From the human T2T-CHM13v2.0 reference genome, Homo sapiens, in the NCBI RefSeq assembly GCF_009914755.1, contig NC_060925.1: a stretch of 64,000 nt of DNA. One strand, written 5' to 3'. The notes below the pieces were generated by a model. That model did no database searches. It was not told the origin of the DNA and worked only from the letters and a program-made list of their open reading frames with translations. Below, piece after piece: positions 56,320-64,000 of the stretch. The first letter of the stretch is position 1, and every line of letters starts with the position of its first letter. The position numbers were made by a program, and so were the translations under genes.

Positions 56320-59300
56320 GATTCCTTTGAATTCCATTTGATGACAATTCCATTCAATACCAATTGATGATGTTTATTTTTGATTCCATTTGATGACGAT
56401 TACATTCGATTCCATTTGATCATGATTCCATTCGATTCCACTCGATGATTCCATTCGATTCCATTCAATGATTGTTCCATTTGGGTCGATTCGATGACTC
56501 CATTCGATTGTATTCGATGGTGATTGAATTCGAGTCCATGGATTAATCCATTGCATTCCATTCGATGATTCCATTCGAGTCCATTCGATGATTCTATTCG
56601 ATTGCATTCGATAATTCCATTCGATTGCATTCGATAAATCCATTTGATGCCATTTGCGGATAATTCCATTTGAGTCCATTCGATGATTGTTCCATTCGAT
56701 TCTATTCGGTGATTCCATTCGACTTCATTTGATAATGATTCCATTCGAGACCATTCGATGATTCTATTCAATTCCATTCAATAATGATTCCATTCAAGCC
56801 CATTCGATGATTCCATCTGATTCCATTGAATGAATCCATGCGATTCCATTCTATGATGATTCCATTCATTTCCATCTGATGATGATTCCATTCGCTTCCA
56901 TTCAATGATTCCTTTCGATTCCATTTGATGATGATTTCAATCAATTTCATTCGATGATTCCATTCGAATCCATTCGATGATGAGTCCATCCATTTCAATT
57001 TCATGATAATTCCATTCGTTTCAATTCGATGGTGTTTCCATTCGATTCCATTCGATGTTGATTCCATTAGTTTCCATTGGATGATGATTCCATTCGAGTC
57101 CATTCAATGATGATCACATTGGATTTCATTCCATAATTCTATTCGATTCCATTTGATGATGATTCCATCTGATTCCATTTGATGATCCCATTCGATTCCA
57201 TTCGATGATGATTCCATTCGTTACCATCCGATGATGATTCATTCGATTCCGTTCAATGATTATTCCATTCGAGTCCATTCGATGATTCCATTCGATTCCA
57301 TTCGATGATGATTGCATTCGAGACCATGGATTCTTCAATTCCATTCCATTAGATGATTCCATTCGAGTCCATTCGATGATTCTCTTCGATTCCATTCGAT
57401 AATTCCGTTTGATTCTGTTTGATGTTGATTCCATTCGAGTCCATTCGATGATAATTCCATTCGATTCTATGCGATGATTCCATTCCTTTCCATTTGGAGA
57501 TTGTTCCATTCGAGACCATTCGTTGATTGCATTCAATTCATTCGATGACGGTTCCATTCAATTCCGTTCAATGATTCCATTAGATTCCATTTGATGATGA
57601 TTCCATTCGATTCCATTTGATGATGATTCCATGCGATTCCATTAGATGATGACTCCTTTCATATCCATTCAATGAGGATTCCATTCGGTTTCATTTGATG
57701 ATGATTCCTTTGAATTCCATTTGATGACAATTCCATTCAATACCAATTGATGATGTTTATTTTTGATTCCATTTGATGATGATTATATTCGATTCCATTT
57801 GATCATGATTCCATTCGATTCCACTCGATGATTCCATTCGATTCCATTCAATGATTATTCCATTTGAGTCGATTCGATGACTCCATTCGATTGTATTCGA
57901 TGGTGATTGAATTCGAGTCCATGGATTAATCCATTGCATTCCATTCGATGATTCCATTCGAGTCCATTCGATGATTCTATTCGAGTGCATTCGATAATTC
58001 CATTCGATTGCATTCGATAAATCCATTTGATTCCATTTGAGGATAATTCCATTTGAGTCCATTGGATGATTGCTCCATTCGATTCTATTCGGTGATTCCA
58101 TTCGACTTCATTTGATAATGATTCCATTCGAGACCATTCGATGATTCTATTCAATTCCATTCAATAATGATTCCATTCGAGTCCATTCAACGATTCCATT
58201 CAAGTCGATTCGATGATTCCATCTGATTCCATTCAATGAATCCATGCAATTCCATTCTATGATGATTCCATTCATTTCCATCTGATGATGATTCCATTCG
58301 ATTCCATTCAATGATTCCTTTCGATTCCATTTGATGATGATTTCAATCAATTTCATTCGATGATTCCATTCGAATCCATTCGATGATGAGTCCATCCATT
58401 TCAATTTCATGATAATTCCATTCGTTTCAATTCGATGGTGTTTCCATTCGATTCCATTCGATGTTGATTCCATTAGTTTCCATTGGATGATGATTCCATT
58501 CGAGTCCATTCAATGATGATCACATTGGATTTCATTCCATAATTCTATTCGATTCCATTTGATGATGATTCCATCTGATTCCATTTGATGATCCCATTCG
58601 ATTCCATTCGATGATGATTCCATTCGTTTCCATCCGATGATGATTCCATTCGATTCCGTTCAATGATTATTCCATTCGAGTCCATTCGATGATTCCATTC
58701 GATTCCATTCGATGATGATTGCATTCGAGTCCATGGATTCTTCCATTCCATTCCATTAGATGATTCCATTCGAGCCCGTTCGATGATTCTCTTCGATTCC
58801 ATTCGATAATTCCGTTTGATTCCGTTTGATGTTGATTCCATTCGGGTCCATTCGATGATAATTCCATTCGATTCTATGCGATGATTCCATTCCATTCCAT
58901 TTGGAGGTTGTTCCATTCGAGACCATTCGTTGATTGCATTCAATTCATTCGATGACGATTCCATTCAATTCCCTTCAATGATTCCATTAGATTCCATTTG
59001 ATGATGATTCCATGCGATTCCATTTGATGATGTTTCCATGCGATTCCATTAGATGATGACTCCTTTCATTTCCATTCAATGAGGATTCCATTCGGTTCCA
59101 TTTGATGATGATTCCTTTGAATTCCGTTTGATGACAATTCCATTCAATACCAATTGATGATGGTTATTTTGATTCCATTTGATGATGATTACTTTCGATT
59201 CCATTTGATCATGATTCCATTCGATTCCACTCGATGATTCCATTCAATGATGATTCCATTCGATTTCATTGACTATTCCATTCCATTTCAATCGATGATT

Positions 59301-61674
59301 CCTTTCAAGTCCATTCGATGATTCTGTTCGATTGCATTCGATTATTCCATTCGATTGCATTCGATAATTCCATTCGATTCCATTTGAGGATAATTCCGTT
59401 TGAGTCCATTCGATGATTGTTCCATTCGATTCTATTCGGTGATTCCATTCGATTCCATTTGATAATGATTCCATTCGAGACCATTCGATGATTCCATTCA
59501 ATTCCATTCAATAAAGATTCCATTCGAGTCCATTCAATGATTCCATTCAAGTCCATTCGATGATTCCATCTGATTCCATTCAATGAATCCATGCGATTCC
59601 ATTCTATGATGATTCCATTCATTTCCATCTGATGATGATTCCATTCGATTCCATTCAATGATTCCATTCGATTCCATTTTATGATGATTTCAATCAATTT
59701 CATTCGATGATTCCATTCGAATCCATTCGATGATGATTCCATCCATTTCAATTTCATGATAATTCCATTCGTTTCAATTCGATGGATTTTCCATTCGATT
59801 CCATTCGATGTTGATTCCATTAGTTTCCATTGGATGATGATTCCATTCGAGTCCATTCGATGATGATCACAATGGATTTCATTCCATAATTCTATTCGAT
59901 TCCATTTGATGATGATTCCATCTGATTCCATTTGATCATTCCATTCGTTTCCATCCGATGATGATTCCTTTCGATTCCGTTCAATGATTATTCCATTCGA
60001 GTCCATTCTATGATTCCATTCGATTCCATTCGATGATGATTGCATTCGAGACCATGGATTCTTCCATTCCATTCCATTAGATGATTCCATTCGAGTCCAT
60101 TCGATGATTCTCTTAGATTCCATTCGATAATTCCGTTTGATTCCGTTTGATGTTGATTCCATTCGAGTCCATTCAATGATAATTCCATTCGATTCTATGC
60201 GATGATTCCATTCCTTTCCATTTGGAGGTGGTTCCATTCGAGACCATTCGTTGATTGCATTCAATTCATTCGATGACGATTCCATTGAATTCCGTTCAAT
60301 GATTCCATTAGATTCCATTTGATGATGATTCCATTCGATTCCATTTGATGATGATTCCATGCGATTCCATTAGATGATGACTCCTTTCATTTCCATTCAA
60401 TGAGGATTCCATTCGGTTCCATTTGATGATGATTCCTTTGAATTCCGTTTGATGACAATTCCATTCAATACCAATTGATGATGGTTATTTTTGATTCCAT
60501 TTGATGATGATTACTTTCGATTCCATTTGATCATGATTCCATTCGATTCCACTCTATGATTCCATTCAATGATGATTCCATTCGAGTTCATTGACTATTC
60601 CATTCCATTTCAATCGATGATTCCTTTCAAGTCCATTCGATGATTCTATTCCATTGCATTCGATTATTCCATTCGATTGCATTCGATAATTCCATTCGAT
60701 TCCATTTGAGGATAATTCCATTTGAGTCCATTCGATGATTGTTCCATTCGATTCTATTCGGTGATTCCATTCGATTCCATTTGATAATGATTCCATTCGA
60801 GACCATTCGATGATTCCATTCAATTCCATTCAATAATTATTCCATTCGAGTCCATTCAATGATTCCATTCAAGTCCATTCGATGATTCCATCTGATTCCA
60901 TTCAATGAATCCACTCGATTCCATTCTATGATGATTCCATTCATTTCCATCTGATGATGATTCCATTCGATTCCATTCAATGATTCCATTCGATTCCATT
61001 TGATGAGGATTTCAATCAATTTCATTCGATGATTCCATTCGAATCCATTCGATGATGAGTCGATCCATTTCAATTTCATGATAATTCCATTCGTTTCAAT
61101 TCGATGGAGTTTCCATTCGATTCCATTCGATGTTGATTCCATTAGTTTCCATTGGATGATGATTCCATTCGAGTCCATTCGATGATGATCACAATGGATT
61201 TCATTCCATAATTCTATTCGATTCCATTTGATGATGATTCCATCTGATTCCATTTGATGATTCCATTCGTTTCCATCCGATGATGATTCCACTCGATTCC
61301 ATTCAATGATTATTCCATTCGAGTCCATTCAATGATTCCATTCGATTCCATTCGATGATGATTGCATTCGAGACCATGGATTCTTCCATTCCATTCCATT
61401 AGATGATTCCATTCGAGTCCATTCGATGATTCTCTTCGATTCCATTCGATAATTCCGTTTGATTCCGTTTGATGTTGATTCCATTCGAGTCCATTCGATT
61501 ATAATTCCATTCGATTCAATGCGATGATTCCATTCCATTTCATTTGGAGGTGGTTCCATTCGAGACCATTCGTTGATTGCATTCAATTCATTCGAAGACG
61601 ATTCCATTCAATTCCGTTCAGTGATTCCATTAGATTCCATTTGATGATGATTCCATTCGATTCCATTTGATGAT

Positions 61675-61830
61675 GATTCCATGCGATTCCATTAGATGAT
61701 GACTCCTTTCATTTCCATTCAATGAGGATTCCATTCGGTTCCATTTGATGATGATTCCATGCGATTCCATTAGATGATGACTCCTTTCATTTCCATTCAA
61801 TGAGGATTCCATTCGGTTCCATTTGATGAT
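61675..61830 (+). repeat. 78-bp tandem duplication (second occurrence)
   Basis: Same duplicated block, starting at 61675 and 61753, which is 5511 bp downstream of the first occurrence. Confidence 0.9.
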
Positions 61831-62757
61831 GATTCCTTTGAATTCCATTTGATGACAATTCCATTCAATACCAATTGATGATATTTATTTTTGATTCCAT
61901 TTGATGACGATTACATTCGATTCCATTTGATCATGATTCCATTCGATTCCACTCGATGATTCCATTCGATTCCATTCAATGATTGTTCCATTTGGGTCGA
62001 TTCGATGACTCCATTCGATTGTATTCGATGGTGATTGAATTCGAGTCCATGGATTAATCCATTGCATTCCATTCGATGATTCCATTCGAGTCCATTCGAT
62101 GATTCTATTCGATTGCATTCGATAATTCCATTCGATTGCATTCGATAAATCCATTTGATGCCATTTGAGGATAATTCCATTTGAGTCCATTCGATGATTG
62201 TTCCATTCGATTCTATTCGGTGATTCCATTCGACTTCATTTGATAATGATTCCATTCGAGACCATTCGATGATTCTATTCAATTCCATTCAATAATGATT
62301 CCATTCTAGTCCATTCAACGATTCCATTCAAGCCCATTCGATGATTCCATCTGATTCCATTCAATGAATCCATGCGATTCCATTCTATGATGATTCCATT
62401 CATTCCCATCTGATGATGATTCCATTCGATTCCATTCAGTGATTCCTTTCGATTCCATTTGATGATGATTTCAATCAATTTCATTCGATGATTCCATTAG
62501 AATCCATTCGATGATGAGTCCATCCATTTCAATTTCATGATAATTCCATTCGTTTCAATTCGATGGTGTTTCCATTCGATTCCATTCGATATTGATTCCA
62601 TTAGTTTCCATTGGATGATGATTCCATTCGAGTCCATTCCATGATGATCACAATGGATTTCATTCCATAATTCTATTCGATTCCATTTGATGATGATTCC
62701 ATCTGATTCCATTTGATGATCCCATTCGATTCCATTCGATGATGATTCCATTCGTTT

Positions 62758-62907
62758 CCATCCGATGATGATTCCATTCGATTCCGTTCAATGATTATTC
62801 CATTCGAGTCCATTCGATGATTCCATTCGATTCCATCCGATGATGATTCCTTTCGATTCCGTTCAATGATTATTCCATTCGAGTCCATTCTATGATTCCA
62901 TTCGATT
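62758..62907 (+). repeat. 75-bp tandem duplication
   Basis: 'ccatccgatgatgattcc(a/t)ttcgattccgttcaatgattattccattcgagtccattc' occurs twice, 75 bp apart. Unit length is 1482 = 1407+75. Confidence 0.85.
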
Positions 62908-64000
62908 CCATTCGATGATGATTGCATTCGAGACCATGGATTCTTCCATTCCATTCCATTAGATGATTCCATTCGAGTCCATTCGATGATTCTCTTCGAT
63001 TCCATTCGATAATTCCGTTTGATTCCGTTTGATGTTGATTCCATTCGAGTCCATTCAATGATAATTCCATTCGATTCTATGCGATGATTCCATTCCTTTC
63101 CATTTGGAGGTGGTTCCATTCGAGACCATTCGTTGATTGCATTCAATTCATTCGATGACGATTCCATTCAATTCCGTTCAATGATTCCATTAGATTCCAT
63201 TTGATGATGATTCCATTCGATTCCATTTGATGATGATTCCATGCGATTCCATTAGATGATGACTCCTTTCATTTCCATTCAATGAGGATTCCATTCGGTT
63301 CCATTTGATGATGATTCCTTTGAATTCCATTTGATGACAATTCCATTCAATACCAATTGGTGATGTTTATTTTTGATTCCATTTGATGATGATTATATTC
63401 GATTCCATTTGATCGTGATTCCATTCGATTCCACTCGATGATTCCATTCGATTTCATTCAATATTTATTCCATTTGAGTCGATTCGATGACTCCATTCGA
63501 TTGTATTCGATGGTGATTGAATTCGAGTCCATGGATTAATCCATTGCATTCCATTCGATGATTCCATTCGAGTCCATTCGATGATTCTATTCGATTGCAT
63601 TCGATAATTCCATTCGATTGCATTCGATAAATCCATTTGATTCCATTTGAGGATAATTCCATTTGAGTCCATTCGATGATTGTTCGATTCGATTCTATTC
63701 GGTGATTCCATTCGACTTCATTTGATAATGATTCCATTCGAGACCATTCGATGATTCTATTCAATTCCATTCAATAATGATTCCATTCGAGTCCATTCAA
63801 CGATTCCATTCAAGTCCATTCGATGATTCCATCTGATTTCACTCAATGAAACCATTCGATTCCATTCTATGATGATTCCATTCATTTCCATCTGATGATG
63901 ATTCCATTCGATTCCATTCAATGATTCCTTTCGATTCCATTTGATGATGATTTCAATCAATTTCATTCGATGATTCCATTCGAATCCATTCGATGATGAG

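Larger units (their letters stand above)
511..63354 (+). repeat. ~1.3-1.4 kb monomer periodicity: 46 landmarks, A/B unit types
   Basis: The landmark (c)CAATTG (variants cTATTG, tAATTG) occurs at 511A,1918A,3299A,4706B,6028A,7435B,8757A,10115A,11522A,12903A,14311B,15633A,17040B,18362A,19771B,21044A,22451B,23772A,25179B,26500A,27907A,29291B,30612A,31992B,33314A,34720A,36127A,37534B,38856A,40263B,41585B,42907A,44313B,45635A,47346(divergent),48629(A/B chimera),50068A,51474B,52770A,54962B,56361A,57744A,59151B,60472B,61872A,63354A. The spacings are mirrored by the recurring ORFs in the track. Confidence 0.9.
1..64000 (+). repeat. Human satellite II (HSat2/HSATII) tandem array, CATTC strand on +
   Basis: Continuous ATTCCATTCG / ATGATG motifs with very frequent TCGA from first to last base. 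This is the HSat2 signature, whereas HSat3 would be dominated by long pure (CATTC)n runs. I saw no unique-sequence interruption and no strand switch. Confidence 0.98.

Noticed and set aside
27-63966. About 200 minus-strand ORFs (60-351 aa, rich in MESSSNGIEWNHRM), e.g. 59305-60360, 19865-20857 and 17195-18175
   Set aside because: They are translations of the GAATG/GAATC strand, which is naturally poor in stop codons. They overlap in several frames, recur with the monomer period, and are opened or closed by random SNPs and 23/26-bp frameshifts. They show no domain-like composition. The strand bias arises because the + strand is saturated with TGA.
1-64000. CRISPR-like or other repeat-spacer system suggested by 23-26-bp repeats
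   Set aside because: There are no unique spacers, since the intervening sequence is itself degenerate repeat that recurs every unit. There is no leader and there are no cas genes.
1-64000. HSat3, alpha satellite/CENP-B boxes, telomeric repeats or an inversion
   Set aside because: Pure CATTC runs are at most about three copies. I saw no 171-bp period, no CENP-B box, no TTAGGG tract and no GAATG-strand segment on +.
1-64000. Assignment to a specific chromosome or named HSat2 subfamily
   Set aside because: This cannot be established by eye and needs alignment to T2T satellite annotations.

Overview
The whole 64 kb window is one uninterrupted, single-orientation array of human (or closely related great-ape) satellite II (HSat2/HSATII), i.e. 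pericentromeric heterochromatin. It is built from diverged CATTC/GATTC pentamers arranged as 23/26-bp subrepeats (TTCCATTCGATTCCATTCGATGATGA). I see no genes, RNA genes, transposons or CRISPR arrays, and all ORFs in the track are satellite translation artefacts. Using the once-per-unit landmark 'caatacCAATTGatgatg' I count 46 units of about 1.3-1.4 kb. There are two main types: A (typically 1407 or 1381 bp, 27 copies) and B (typically 1321-1322 bp, 17 copies), plus one A/B chimera and one divergent unit. They often alternate as a ~2.73-kb AB dimer. The most notable structures are a ~1.65-kb island of a divergent, probably older and longer-unit HSat2 variant (46.46-48.13 kb), a near-perfect 2728-bp tandem duplication, an 811-bp duplication explained by homology inside the monomer, indels quantised to 23/26 bp, and a left-to-right turnover of diagnostic variants. 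I found no evidence for a novel protein-coding system. What is interesting here is satellite architecture and evolution. All alignments were done by eye, so boundaries are approximate.
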